A stretch of DNA of 64,000 nucleotides. Source: Octopus vulgaris (taxonomy: Eukaryota). Position numbers and translations under genes: made by a program. The stretch covers positions 40,858,001 through 40,922,000 of the forward strand of contig OX597830.1 of assembly GCA_951406725.2 (NCBI GenBank), in the 5' to 3' direction. Shown one piece after another: positions 12,904-26,366 of this stretch (within the stretch, counting starts at the first letter, position 1; each line of letters starts with the position of its first letter). Under the pieces are notes generated by a model, which saw only the letters and a program-made list of their open reading frames with translations, made no database searches and was not told where the DNA came from.

Positions 12904-13047
12904 TCGTGTGTATATAGATGTGTGTCTGTGTGTGTGAGAGAGACAAAGAGAGAGAGAACCACATTTCTAAGACTTGTTTCCATTCTCTACACCCTTCAAC
13001 ACTAGACAAGATTGAAGGTTATTTATTAAAATTCATCACTAAATAGG

Positions 13048-13558
13048 CACTGCTGTGGCTGTGTGGTTGAGAAGCTTGCTTCCCAACCATGTGGTTCCAG
13101 GTTCAGTCCTACTGCATGGCATCTTGAATAAATGTCTTCTACTATAACTCCAGGCCACATAAAGCCTTGTGAGTGGATTTGGTAGATGGAAACAGAGAAA
13201 AGCTCATCATATATGTATGTGTTTATGCATGTGTATTTGTGTATAGGAGTGTGTGTGGGTGTATATATATGAGTGTATATAGGGTATTTTAGTTGGCGTC
13301 TCATTGTGAGTTGTAAACGAGTATCAAAGTCACAGAGTAGCATCCGTTTCCAATCTTCCATAAAAACATGTCCGTCCAGGAGGAAATATTTACCTTGTTT
13401 AGAAACAGGCGAGGATTGTTAACAGGAAAGGCATCCAGCTGTAGAAAATTTACCTCAACAAATTCCATCCAATCTATGCAAGCATGGAAAAGTGGCTATT
13501 ATGATAATAATAAAGATGACGACGATGACAATGATGATGATGATAATGATGATGATGA
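13048..13558 (+). mobile_element. SINE with B head and D-type (GAT)n tail
   Basis: gtggctgtgtggttgagaagcttgcttcccaaccatgtgg..aggaaaggcatccagctgtagaaa..gcatggaaaagtgg-(gat)n. Confidence 0.8.
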
Positions 13559-13751
13559 ATCCAGCACCACATGTGCCAGAAATATAATATTTTTTGTCAT
13601 ACTGAGATCAATGATATCCCTACCACTGTGAAAGGCATCTAACTCCAAATCATCAGAATACATTTTTATTTCATTTATTTCCATATCTCAAAGGATCAGT
13701 TTATACTTTCCACACGCTATCACTCTCTAATAACTGAACAAAGGCAATAAC

Positions 13752-14207
13752 TTAACTCTTTGATATTCAGGTTATTTTGTCAAATGGAATGCTTACTTAT
13801 CCACCTTGTTTTGAGTTAATCCTGGATTATCTCATAGCTTCAACATTTTGATGATGTGATTGCTTGTTTTTAAAATAACATTATAAAGTAGGTGAGAAAT
13901 ACCAGATCTGGGCAGTTTGAATATAAAACAGGCACAAAATTTGGCTGGATAAGGCAGCGAGCTGGCAGAATCATTAGCACACCAGGCGAAATGCTTAGCG
14001 GTATTTCATCTGTCTTTATGTTCTGAGTTCAAATTTTGCAGAGGCTGACTTTGCCTTTCCTCCTTTCGGGGTCGATAAATTAACTACCAGTTGTATGCTG
14101 GGGTCAATCTAATCGACTGGGCCCCTCCCCTCAAATTTCAGGCCTTGTTCCTAGAGTAGAAAGGAATATTTGGCTGGATATGGCTGGTTTAAACGCTAAA
14201 GGGTTAC
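13752..14207 (+). mobile_element. piggyBac-like MITE with nested family A SINE (13952-14167)
   Basis: Ends TTAACTCTTT..AAAGGGTTA(c); the SINE is flanked by a 13-bp TSD atttggctggata (13939-13951, 14168-14180); sister copy at 17994-18155. Confidence 0.75.
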
Positions 14208-14659
14208 AATAAATACAAATACAGAGACAACTGAATATCAACAGCAACGATCATCGTCATTTTTGAGTTCACTTTTTTATGCTGGTTCAAGATGAACAGG
14301 AATTTTTGAGACAGTGTTTTACAGCCTGATGCCCTCCCTGATACCAGCAACCATAGTTATCTCTTATGACACAGGGATACTGTGTACCTATTTTAAGAAC
14401 CAAATGAGAGAAAACCAATATTGTAATAAGAATAATAAGAACCACTATTCAAGAGCCAATGAGAGTGATTTTATATGTAGATTGGTTGAAAGGGAGAGGT
14501 ATATATATCTTGAGAAAATATGTTGTACAACAAATGTTATTTGACAAAGATCTGTGTGATATATAGGGACTCCAATTTGGAAATGACATTTGACATTAAA
14601 AATTCAAATAATGATTCAAAGTTTTGTAGGAATCACTAAATTCAGCAACAATATTATGT

Positions 14660-15053
14660 GTCCTGGAGTTCCTGCCAATGAATTTTGAGCGAGGAATTGT
14701 GAATGAGAAGAGTTGCAGCAAAATGTGTGATTTGCTTGCTTATGGAAGATCAAAAGCAGTTACAACTGAAAGAACAGTTGGAAGTTGATCCAGACCTTTT
14801 TCTCAAAGGTCATCATTGGTGATGGAAGCAGGTGCTACTGAATTTGCAGATGTGGAAGAGGTGAAGAAGGAGGCATGCATTAAAAGGTATTACCTCACAA
14901 GAGTTCCTGGACTGCTTTGAATAATGGAAAATACATCTGGACCTATGCATTGCATCAAATGGAGAATACTTTGAAGGCAATAAAAGTGTAAACATGTACA
15001 ACTAAATGAATAAAATATTGCAATATTCCAGTTTCTTTTAGGTACCCCCTTGT
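14660..15053 (+). pseudogene. Internally deleted mariner transposase relic with right terminal inverted repeat (TIR)
   Basis: SWSSCQ*ILSEEL*MRRVAAKCV..EVDPDLFSKVIIGDGSRCY (ITGDE-like motif) joined to FADVEEVKK..LKGITSQEFLDCFE*WKIHLDLCIASNGEYFEG, a typical mariner C-terminus. Confidence 0.85.
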
Positions 15054-15318
15054 TTGTGTGTGTATATATATATATGCCTGATGATTGGGGTTATATTTTA
15101 AGAATGGTTCCAGCAAAACATGGAGTGGTTTAGGAACCGGGAAATATACCTCATGAAACACGTGTAGCCAAGTTATAAAGTAGTAGGTATTTAAAATAAA
15201 AATTCTTTTTTATATGGTGAGATTTATATCGCTAAATGAAAATATATATTTCTTCATTGAGAATAATTTGAACCCCTGTTATGCCGGAATTTTTATTCCC
15301 TAACAATAAAATATATAT

Positions 15319-15720
15319 GAGTGGCTGTGTGGTAAGTAGCTTTCTAACCAACCACATGGTTCCGGGTTCAGTCCCACAGCGTGGCATCTTGGGCAAGTGT
15401 CTTCTGCTATAGCCCCGGGCCGACCAATGCCTTGTGAGTGGATTTGGTAGACGGAAACTGAAAGAAGCCTGTCGTATATATGTATATATATATATGTGTA
15501 TGTGTGTGTGTTTGTGTGTCTGTGTTTGTCCCCTAGCATTGCTTGACAACCGATGCTGGTGTGTTTACATCCCCGTCACTAAGCGGTTCGGCAAAAGAGA
15601 CCGATAGAATAAGTACTGGGCTTACAAAAAGAATAAGTCCCGGGGTCGAGTTGCTCGATTAAAGGCGGTGCTCCAGCATGGCCGCAGTCAAATGACTGAA
15701 ACAAGTAAAAGAGTAAAAGA
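15319..15720 (+). mobile_element. Full-length young family B SINE
   Basis: A box tggctgtgtgg, B box ggttcagtcc, CORE-like cttgggcaagtg, internal (TA)/(TG), tail gaaacaagtaaaagagtaaaaga; near-identical to 40501-40855. Confidence 0.92.
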
Positions 15721-16237
15721 CTATATATATTAGAATAATGCTGCTTGCTACTCATGGCTAATTCATAAATCCTAATCAATAAACAACAGAAGATAAGAAT
15801 TTATGTTCAATGAAGAAAGAAAATAGAAGAAACAGAAATTAGTTACTAAAAACATGACATGGGGAACTTGGTAAATAGCCATACAATGCTGCCATCGTCA
15901 TACTCAATGAGCAAATACAAGGATGACATTTACAAAATTGGAAACCCTTGCTTTTGTTATCTGCTAAATCAGAGGGATTGTTTTTCTTTTTCTTTTGGGT
16001 CTTTTCTTTCTTGACATGAACAAATACTTTCTGCTCCAGTTAAAAAAGACAAAACAAAAAATTTTTTTAAAAGACCTATATACATACACTCAAAATGGAT
16101 AAAAGAAAGGGTAGAGTCTTCAAAAAATTTGAATGAAAATGATAAAACAAGACTGCTAGCAGAGTACAGAATTTTCGAAATTGTAACAAATAAGCAGTAA
16201 AAGAATTTATTTTCAGAAGGCTTTCAAGGAGGAGAAG

Positions 16238-16378
16238 GTGGTGGTGGTGGTGACGGCAGCTGCGGTGGTGGTAGTGGCAGCAGCAGCGGTGGTGGTGGCA
16301 GCGGTGGTGGTGGTGGCAGCGGTGGTGGTGGTGGCAGCAGCGGTGGCGGTAGTAGTAGTAGTAGTAGTAGTGGTGGCG

Positions 16379-16409
<31 letters not shown>

Positions 16410-16483
16410 TAGTAGTAGTAGCAGCAGTAGTATTAGTAGTAGTAGTAGCAGCAGTAGTATTAGTAGTGGTGGTGGTGGTGGTG

Positions 16484-16533
<50 letters not shown>
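16238..16533. repeat. (GTG/GCA/GTA)n trinucleotide array
   Basis: Explains the poly-V/A ORF 16238-16804. Confidence 0.95.
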
Positions 16534-16962
16534 TATGGGGCTATTATCAGGAAAGATTATCTATCAAGTTAGTTTCTTGAAGTTGGATTTAATTGGAATT
16601 TCACAACAATCCCATCTATCCAAGAGTTGCTGCCAATGCCAACAACAACAGGAAGATAAATTTAATCTGTTCCATGTGAACCTTTCTAATTTTTGGCACA
16701 AGACCAGCAAATTTGAGTCAATTACATCAACCTCAGGGCTCAATTGGTACTTATTTGCCGACCCTGAAAGGATGGAACGTAAAGTTGACTTCATCAGCAT
16801 TTGAACTCAGAACATAAAGAGCCGGTATAAATGCCACAAAGCATTTTGTTTAGCGTATTAACAATTCTGCTAGATATCATTTTTATTTGTTTCAGTCACT
16901 GGACTGCAGCCATCCTGGGGCACTGCCTTGAAAAGTTTTAATCAGACATATTGACCACAGAA

Positions 16963-17192
16963 GGCGGCGAGCTGGCAGACACGTTAGCACACCGGGCAAA
17001 ATGCTAAGCGGTATTTCGTCTGCCGTTACGTTCTGAGTTCAAATTCTGCCAAGGTCGACTTTGCCTTTCATCCTTTCGGGGTCGATAAATAAAGTGCCAG
17101 ATTTGCACTGGGGTCGATGTAATCAACTTAATCCCTTTGTCTGTCCTTGTTTGTCCCCACTACGTTTAGCCCCTTGTGGGTAATAAAGAAAT
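16963..17192 (+). mobile_element. Family A SINE nested in a minus-strand B SINE (16880-17330)
   Basis: 15-bp TSD atattgaccacagaa at 16948-16962 and 17193-17207. Confidence 0.9.
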
Positions 17193-17993
17193 ATATTGAC
17201 CACAGAACTTATTTTCTGAGCCGGGCACTAATTCTATCAATCTCTTTTGCTGAACTGCTGTGTTACAGAGATGTAAACAAGCCAACTAGTTGTCAAGTAG
17301 TAGTGGAGAACAAACACACACACATACATAAGTATATACACACATACACACACACATGCACATTCAGGCACACGTGCACACTTACACACACGTATATTTC
17401 TGTTAATAATTAGCTACTATCTCAGGAACGCATTTCATTTCCGTTTGTAACATATTATGTGTCTTTGTTCAAAGTGGCAACTTGAAGGAAAGGAAAGATA
17501 AAAATAAAAAAATAAGAAAAATATTTAAATCAGAATTACATTGTAATGTAATTATAGTTTTCAATAATTTAAGTTTATTATGACAGCTTTGAAGAGACTA
17601 GTTTATGTGTTATTGTAATCATATTATAGAAATTTTGGCTCTCTATTATAGCTCGTTAATTTTACTGCATGTCAACCGTCCAAAGAGAAATGCTAAGAAG
17701 TTGTCGAATAGTCAGGGGAATATTTACAATTTAGTTTTATTTCTTAGATCAATAATGAGACACTGCCTACACATTTGTTATGGGAAAATACATTTGGAAA
17801 TGATGCAATGAAGTCTTTGAAGATGCATTTAGATAAGAAAAATAAAGATCTTCAACTTTTCTTTATTTTAAGACACTGAAAGAAAGATATGGAAAACATA
17901 AGCATTTTTATGTTATTTGTTAAGTTACCACCTCAAGTTGAGATTGAGTGGAGAACAAAGGCCTCCTATAACATAGCAAAATGAAGGCCTCCT

Positions 17994-18155
17994 TTAACCC
18001 TTTAGCATTCAGATTACTCTGTCACATTTACATTTGACTGCATTTTAGAATGACATAGAAAGGTAGGTGTGAGAGGCTGGATCTGGGTAGTTTTAACATA
18101 AACATAGATAGAATATTTGAGCTGGATACGGCCAATTTAAATGGCAAAGGATTAA
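17994..18155 (+). mobile_element. piggyBac-like MITE (short copy)
   Basis: TTAA-CCCTTTAGCATT..AATGGCAAAGGA-TTAA; internal similarity to 13752-14207. Confidence 0.75.
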
Positions 18156-18580
18156 CACAGAAAAAAAAACCCAATGAGAATGCAAGTCCTAAAAGAGGAG
18201 GTCATAGAAACCATTATGAAGAAGAATTCTGAACTCATATTCTTCTGGTAAACAATGTGGTAGAACACCATACTGATGCCATAGCTGAAGTGGAGGTTAA
18301 AAAAAGAACTCATCTGAAGAACACAGAAAGCTGACATAAACCAATTTTTGGATCTGCTTAAAGTAAAATGAGACAACATCTGGATGAAAGAGATAAATAA
18401 AAAAAAGAAAACCCTCTAATCAGATTGCTGTATAACATGAGAAGCCAATCTGCAACAATGAATAATAGCATGTCTATGAGGAAGGCTACCACCATAGGGG
18501 ATATTCCTAGAGTACCTCTTGATGATCATCACCCCTGCAATTCCTAAAAAAGGGTAGGGATCTGGTGATGTAACTTAGAG

Positions 18581-19096
18581 CAAGGGCCCCAAACACCAAG
18601 CCACAGACCAATACTAGGCTGTGGATCATTTGGCACTGGGTCACATAGAAGGAATAAATTTCCAAATTTTTTTAATCATTTTATTGACTATCACAGTCTG
18701 CAGTCTGTTTTTGCATTACATATGGATTATATATGTACCTGGGTGTGCTGAAAGGTTCTTGGCTTTGGGTAAAAGAAAATACAAGCAGATCAGTTAATTA
18801 TGATTTCATTCAACATATTCCCCTCAGATTCACACACTTATTGCAGCAGTCCTTCAGTTTTCTTAAGTCCTGTAAAAGAACTCAGAAGGTTGGGCCACCA
18901 ACCAGTCCTTTCACAATACTTTTAAAGCCAGGAACTTTTCAGCAACCCCCCCCCCTCATAATAATTGAATTGTATAATATATATTTTATTATGGTTCGTT
19001 TGCATGTGGTCCTCCCCAGTTCATGGAAAAATTGTCTTGCATAAAACTGGTCCATGATGCAATAAAAAAAAAAAAGAAAAAGGTCAGAGACTGCTG
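18581..19096 (+). mobile_element. hAT (Charlie/MER1-like) MITE
   Basis: Left end caagggccccaaac..; right end tggaaaaattgtcttgcataaaactggtcc..aaaaaggtcagagactgctg; 8-bp TSD acttagag/tcttagag. Confidence 0.75.
18736..18960. mobile_element. Mariner-derived MITE nested in the hAT MITE
   Basis: TIRs gtgctgaaaggttcttggcttt / aaagccaggaacttttcagca, flanked by TA. Confidence 0.8.
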
Positions 19097-19269
19097 TCTT
19101 AGAGTAATGATTACTGTTCGTGGTTTTCTAAGCTGAAATGTCCAAGAATGACAATTATAAATCAGCCTTAAGTCATTTTTTTTTATCAATTGTATAAAGT
19201 ATACAATGCATTTTAGCAGCTGACAGAGAACTAAGGATATGAGGAGAGGAAATTCTGTGGTTGATAACC

Positions 19270-19573
19270 AATGATAGAGAGATGACTGATAGAGAGAGAA
19301 ATAAGGGAGAAAGAGTAAAAATGAGATGTTAAGGGAGGCAAATGGAGAAACAGAAAACAGAAACAGAGGGATAGAGAGAGAGAGAGAGAAGGTGAAGAGA
19401 AGAGAGCGAAAGTATGAGACTGAGGGTAGAGAGAGGGAGAAGAGAAAGGAGAGTAATTAAAGGGAAACGATAGAGAAAAGGAAGAAGATAGTAGAGAAAG
19501 AAATAGAGGAAAGAAATAGAAGGAACAAGGAGAAATATGAGGTTGAGGTGGGTGAAAGAAAAAGGAAAAAGGC

Positions 19574-19606
<33 letters not shown>

Positions 19607-20285
19607 GGGGTAACGAGAAAATGCAAGGACAAATGAATGACAATGGATAGAAGAAAATGAGAAAATGTAAGAGACTAAACAAAGATATGAGAAAGAACGA
19701 TAGAGGGATGAAGAGAGAGAGAGGGGAATGATAGAGGGAGGAAGAGTGAGAGGGAGAGTGGGGTGTGATTGAGTGAGAGTGAGTGTGAAATGGCAAGGAT
19801 AGAGTATAATGGTAAAAAGCAGAGTAAACTCCCTTCAGATTTGCCTTCATCTGTCACTTTATTGGATTATATAAAACTTGTAGGAAGGATTTTTAGCACA
19901 AGAACAGCATGGGTTAAATGGAGTGGACCGTTTATGTTTGGATGACAATGATAGGAGAAGAACATAGAAATAATGGGAGACTAGAAATAATGGGAGACAG
20001 AGAAAGGAAGACAAATACGTGAGGGCAACAACTATGAGAGAGAGAGAGAGAGGAAGAAGAGAACATGGGAGGAGATGAGAGAGAGAGAAAAAAGAGATTG
20101 AAGAGGAAAGAAAGCCGGAAGAGAGAAAAAGGAGAAATAAGAGAGAAAGGGAGCAAATGATAGAAAGAGACAGAAGATGAAAGACAACTAGAAATGAAAT
20201 AGTGGAGAGGAAGAGAGAGAGAGGGAGAGATGAAGAAGAGAACAAAGAAAGAAGAAAGTAAGAAAAGAAAAAGAGAGAAGGAGGA
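19270..20285. repeat. Purine-rich (GA/GAA) low-complexity tract
   Basis: About 1 kb almost without C; explains the S/L/F-rich minus-strand ORFs. Confidence 0.9.
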
Positions 20286-20639
20286 GTGTTTAGCAATGAA
20301 AAGCTTGACTATTAAAAAAGCTAACTCACCAATGTGTGTGTTCAGATCTTAAGAACAATGGAATACCATGAAATACCAATACATTAGATGAATTTCTTGT
20401 CATTAAAGGACAAAAAAAGCCAGGATTATGGTGGCCACGTTGATTGGACCTAATTTGAGCAAGAATTTTCACCACAGATTCTGGAGTGAATGTATCACCT
20501 GTCTGTTGATGAAGGAATCTATTCTACGTGGTTGCTCAACCTGTTAGAAATAACAGCTAAATAGCCATAAAAATTACACCCTATCATCTTTAAATACGGG
20601 AAGGACACATTAAACAATGTAGTCCAAACATACATAGGC

Positions 20640-21222
20640 ACAGGCATAGCCCTGTGGTTAACAAGCTCACTTTGCAAGCATTTGGTTTCAGGTTCAATGT
20701 CATTGTGTGGCACCTTGGGCAAGAGTCTTTGCTAAAGCCCCAGGCCAACCAATACAGTGTGAGTAAATTCGGTAGATGGAAACTGTGAGGAAGACTATAT
20801 GAGGAAATGTATGTGCATGTGTATGAGTCTTTGTATTAGTCTGCATGTGTACATGTTAGTATGCATATGTTAGTGTGCATGCATGTGTGTGTATGAGTTT
20901 TTGTGTTAGTCTCCCCCCCCCCCCATCATTTGAGCAACAGGTGCTGGTTTTTTTACATCCTTGTAACTTAGTGGTTTGGAAAAAAAAACATAAGAGTATT
21001 GTTGAAAAATTTTCTGTTTTGCTTCCAGACATCAAAATCTTGCTTAATATTAGATGAAATAGCTTTTTTCTGGTTATGTGATAAAATGGAATTGAGGAAG
21101 GGGGTGGGGGTAGGGGGGTCAACAAGACTTAAAAATAAGTACTGGGGTCACTTCGCTCGACTAAAACCCTTCAAGGCAGTGCTCCTGCATGGCCACAGTC
21201 CAGTGACTGAAACAAGTAAAAG
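20640..21222 (+). mobile_element. Family B SINE interrupted at about 20992-21120
   Basis: Head caggcatagccctgtggttaac..ccttgggcaag; tail aagtactggggtc..gactgaaacaagtaaaa. Confidence 0.8.
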
Positions 21223-22224
21223 GTAATGTATTCTTAAATGCAAAATATCAGGTGAAAAAAAAAAGACAGGATGGTCAACGTTGGAACACCTTTGATCATA
21301 GGTTAACTCAATCAGACTCACCTGGCTATAAAAAAAATGTTTAAAAAAAAAACAGAAAAAGAACATAAATAAGACCTACATTCCGTGTTTAAACACTCCC
21401 ACCCCCACCCCACCCCCTCTTCCTTGCTTCCATTTTATTTCATAACCAGAAAAACTTAGTTCATCCAATATTACACAAGATTTTGATGCCTGAGAGCAAA
21501 ATGGACAATTCTTTAACAAATGTGATAAGTGTTTGGTTGTCTTTTGCTCCACCGATTATTGATAGCCGACAATATTTGGTAGAAATATTGTTGCTAAGTG
21601 TACCTTCAATGTGTGTTTGAGCACATGCATGTGTGTGTGCATGTGTATGTGCAAGCGCATGTGTGTATGTGATATGGTTTATGTTGTAACTTTGATTTTT
21701 CTTTTTTCCTGCGATTCAATTAATTGTTCATATAATCCATAGTTCACCCAACATATGACATGTTGAATAAAGAAGCTATACTTGCGCTGCATATTTAATA
21801 TTTGAATGACAAAATTTGTGAAAACCAAAAGCAGGAACATATTGCTTTAACATCACAAATAGAAAAAAAATAATAAATAAATAAATAAATGAAACAAAAA
21901 AAAAAACCACCTTTGAACATTCTAGATTCATTACATTCTGAGATATTATGGTTGACACTGAAGTAATAATCAATCTAGCAAATAAACTGACAAAAACAGC
22001 GGCACCTAATTTTGTTGTCATTCTTTTTGATTAATCCACAAGATGAAGCAAATCTAAGATCAAAAGCCATTCCTATCGTGACCTCTTCTTCTTTTTTTTT
22101 TTATATTTCTTTATATTTTGAGAGACAGTGTATCCAAAGTCATTTATTCAAGTGTCCTTTTTTATTTTACAACTGTAACTGTTATTTAAAGGAAATTTTT
22201 AGCAAGATGAGTGACCATGTAGAG

Positions 22225-22456
22225 CAGGGGTTCTCAAACAAAGTCCATTTCGCCCTTGGGGGCTCATTGAAGATTTTGCTGTTAATGTTTATCTGCAATA
22301 AACTGGTTATATTCCTGCAATAGACAAACTATCTAAAAAATTTTTTTATACATTTCCTAATAATATTTGAATATAGTAATATATAGGGATTTTATTTAAT
22401 CATTGAATGGCTAGGAGGATCCCACTAAGTGAAATGGGAATCAAAGAAGAACACTG
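22225..22456 (+). mobile_element. Decayed hAT-type MITE
   Basis: CAGGGGTTCTCAAA..AAGAACACTG termini; TSD poorly preserved. Confidence 0.55.
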
Positions 22457-22877
22457 GAGTAGAAGGTCTCTTTTTGGCCATGTATAGCATATGTTATTGT
22501 AAGTATTGTAAGTATTCCAACCATGACCATCTTGTCTTTTGAGTAGGTATTCTCTTTTTCAAAATGATAGGATATGATTTTACATTCTATTGGTTGCTTT
22601 TTCTAGCAGGTTGAGTTACGATGTACAGCTGTCTTTTTTATTGGTTGTGTGTGTGCATGTGTGTGTTGTAGAAATCTGAAGATATTACTAACAAGAATAT
22701 AACTATTTCAGAAAAGAGCCACATGAATGGTCAGCATAAAGTCACTCACAGACCAGCTCCTGCCTTTGGCTCACAGATCTGCAGTCCTTTCTCCCTGTAT
22801 TTGTGAAATAGCTACTTAATGTAATGGTCTCTGCTTTTCAGAGATGGCTGGTTTCATGTTACCTTCACTCAAATACT

Positions 22878-24204
22878 CCTCTCCAACTCTCATCACCCAT
22901 GCTGATTCACTTGCCTCTCTCCTACTCTCATCACCCATGCCGACTCACTTGCCCCTCTCCTGCTCTCATCACCCATGCCATCTCACTTGCCCCTCTCCTG
23001 CTCTCATCACCCATGCCGTCTCACTTGCCCCTCTCCTGCTCTCATCACCCATGCCAACTCACTTGCCCCTCTCCTGCTCTCATCATCCATGCCGTCTCAC
23101 TTGCCCCTCTCCTGCTCTCATCACCCATGCCAACTCACTTGCCCCTCTCCTGCTCTCATCACCCATGCCAACTCAATTGCCCCTCTCCTGCTCTCATCAC
23201 CCATGCCGTCTCACTTGCCCCTCTCCTGCTCTCATCACCCATGCTGTCTCACTTGCCTCTCTCCTGCTCTCATCACGCATGCCGACTCACTTGCCCCTCT
23301 CCTGCTCTCATCACCCATGCCGTCTCACTTGCCCCTCTCCTGCTCTCATCACCCATGCCAACTCAATTGCCCCTCTCCTGCTCTCATCACCCATGCCAAC
23401 TCACTTGCCCCTCTCCTGCTCTCATCACCCATGCCGTCTCACTTGCCCCTCTCCTGCTCTCATCACCCATGCCAACTCAATTGCCCCTCTCCTGCTCTCA
23501 TCACCCATGCCGTCTCACTTGCCCCTCTCCTGCTCTCATCACCCATGCCGTCTCACTTGCCTCTCTCCTGCTCTCATCACCCATGCCGACTCACTTGCCC
23601 CTCTCCTGCTCTCATCACCCATGCCAACTCACTTGCCCCTCTCCTGCTCTCATCACCCATGCCAACTCACTTGCCCCTCTCCTGCTCTCATCACCCATGC
23701 CGTCTCACTTGCCTCTCTCCTGCTCTCATCACCCATGCCAACTCAATTGCCCCTCTCTTGCTGTCATCACCCATGCCGACTCACTTGCCCTTCTCCTTCT
23801 CTCATCACCCATGCTGATTCACTTGCCCTTCTCCTGCTCCCATCACCCATGCTGACTCACTTGCCCCTCTCCTGCTCTCATCACCCATGCCGACTCAATT
23901 GCCCCTCTCTTGCTTTCATCACCCATGCCAACTCAAGTGCCCCTCTCCTGCTCTCATCACGCATGCCGACTCACTTGCTCCTCTCCTGCTCTCATCACCC
24001 ATGCCAACTCACTTGCTCCTCTCCTGCACTCATCACCCATGCTGACTCAATTGCTTCTCTTTTGCTTTCATCACCCATGCCAACTCACGTGCCCCTCTCC
24101 TGCTCTCATCACCCATGCTGACTCACTTGCTTCTCTCCCACTCTCATCACCCATGCTGACTCACTTGCCTCTCTCCCACTCTCATCACACATGCTGACTC
24201 ACTT
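22878..24204. repeat. 38-bp minisatellite, about 35 copies
   Basis: Unit CTCATCACCCATGCCRWCTCACTTGCCCCTCTCCTGCT; the 38-aa periodicity of the ORFs (3 units = 114 nt) confirms the unit length. Confidence 0.97.
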
Positions 24205-24589
24205 ATTTTTGGCAGTTCAGCAAAAAAGACCAACAGAATAAGTATAAAACTTAAAATTAATAATAAATACTGTGTTCAATTTGTTCGACTAGGCCCATCA
24301 AAGCAGAACCCCAGTATGACCACAATCCAATGATTGGAACAATTAAATGAAGAAAAAAAAAAGGCTGAAACAATTTCATCACCAAAGAGGGCTCAAATTA
24401 CTTTATTATAGGTCCACTCAATTAGGGCTGGGCTGGACATAACAGACTCCAAGAACAAACACATATTTTAGTATCAAAGAAAAACAAAGAGTCCCAATCT
24501 ACCAAGAAACCTGGAAGGAAATTTGGCAATGACAAAACATGAAGAACAGTCAGGCAGTTTGGAGAGGGAGGGAGGGGGAAGAGAGGGAG

Positions 24590-25043
24590 GCGGACAGAGA
24601 GACAGATAGATAAACAGACAGCAACATACAGAGAGAAAGAGAGAGGAACAGACAGATAGACAGAGGTATACAGAGTGACATACAGACGGACAGACAAACA
24701 GAGACAGATGGTGACAGAGACATACAGATAGAGAGAGAGAGAGAGAGAGGAACAGACGGACGGACAGACAGAGAGACAGACAGACAGTAACAGACAGAGA
24801 CATACAGAGAGAGAGAGGGACAGACGGACAGACAGAGACATACAGAGAAACATACAGACAGAGAGACAGTAACAGACAGAGACATACAGAGAGACATACA
24901 GAGAAACATACAGATAGAGAGAGAGAGAAAAAGAGAGAGAGAAAAAAAGAGAGAGAGGGGGACAGACAGACAGAGACACACAAAGAGATATACAGAAAGA
25001 CAGACAGACAAAAAGATACACAGACAGACAGAGACATACAGAG

Positions 25044-25085
<42 letters not shown>
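24590..25085. repeat. (GACA)/(GA) compound satellite
   Basis: Directly visible. Confidence 0.93.
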
Positions 25086-25086
<1 letters not shown>

Positions 25087-25549
25087 GAAAGATTCACAGA
25101 AACAATGAGAATAGTAATGTGAAAAGAGAGCAGATAATCCCAAACCTCATCCATTCTACTCTTGCTATTCTGTCTCAAGTCTAATCAGCAATGTTATTAT
25201 CCTGATAAGCAAAAGTACTATTTATTGTGGTTTTGTTGTATGGAGAGAAAAGCAAGCTGAATTCTCTTTTTAATTATGCGTATGTGTGTATGGCAAAGCT
25301 GGAGTAAAAGTATTGACATGCTGTAGAGAGAGAGGTATCACCTTAGAACAATAGATTTACATAAAATACATACATACATACATACATACATATAGACATA
25401 CATACATATATACATACATACATACATATATATATATGTAAAATCATTGAATTACAATACATATGTAGCAAGTACATCTCCTCCAAATTGCTGTGGAGAT
25501 GAGAGTAACCAATGAAGATTAGCCTTGTTAATCAATGGAAACCTTTTAT

Positions 25550-25578
25550 TAGAAGAAGAAACAAGTAGTAGCTGTGGT

Positions 25579-25609
<31 letters not shown>

Positions 25610-26020
25610 AAGAAGAAGAAGAAGAAGAAGAAGAAGAAGAAGAAGAAACAAGAGGACGAAGAAGAAAAAGAAGAAATGGGGGGATGGGGGGTGGAGGAGA
25701 AGAAGAAGAAGAAGAAACAAGAGGACGAAGAAGAAAAAGAAGAAATGGGGGGATGGGGGTGGAGGAGAAGAAGAAGAAGAAGAAGAAACAAGAGGAGGAG
25801 GAGGAGGAGGAGGAGGAGGAGGAAGAAGAAGAAGAAGAAGAAGAAGAAGAAGAAGAAGAAGAAGAAGAAGAAGAAGAAGAAGAAGAAGAAGAAGAAGAAG
25901 AAGAAGAAGAAGAAAAAGAAGAAACAAGAGGATGAAGAAGAAACAAGAGGATGAAGAAGAAAAAGAAGAGATGGGGGGATGGAGAAGAAACAAGAGGATG
26001 AAGAAGAAAAAGAAGAAGTA
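25550..26020. repeat. (GAA)/(GAG)/(GGT) array with duplicated ~63-bp subunits
   Basis: gaaacaagaggacgaagaagaaaaagaagaaatggggggatgggg repeated; explains the poly-E/K/S/F ORFs. Confidence 0.93.
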
Positions 26021-26366
26021 GAGTGCATTGGTGTTGCCGGTGTGAGTGTTGTGTGGGTTATTTGAAAGTGTGCAATTCCTTTGAGAGTTAACATGAAAGG
26101 CTCTACAGCCATGATCTGATCAGTAAAGCTAAGAAATGGTTTAATATTCTAACAGCTAATAATCGAATCCATTAATACTAATCATTGAAACGAAATCAGT
26201 TGTTAAACAAATAAAAAATTAGCAAAGAAATGAGAATTCATCGATTTTCTTATAAATGGCTTTGCATATTATAGGACGGAGTTAGGGACAGTAAATGAGA
26301 AGATGGGATTGTGTGGTGATCTTCATGTCTTTTGCGAGGGTAATATCATTAGGGATACATATCATG

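Noticed and set aside
22824-24197. Long ORFs (343, 425 and 280 aa) or a CRISPR-like array
   Set aside because: Pure head-to-tail 38-bp repeat with no unique spacers and no cas genes. The unit lacks stop codons on +, so all frames are open automatically.
25452-26112. Poly-E/G acidic protein ORF
   Set aside because: GAA/GAG/GGT repeat, open in most frames, with no splice signals.
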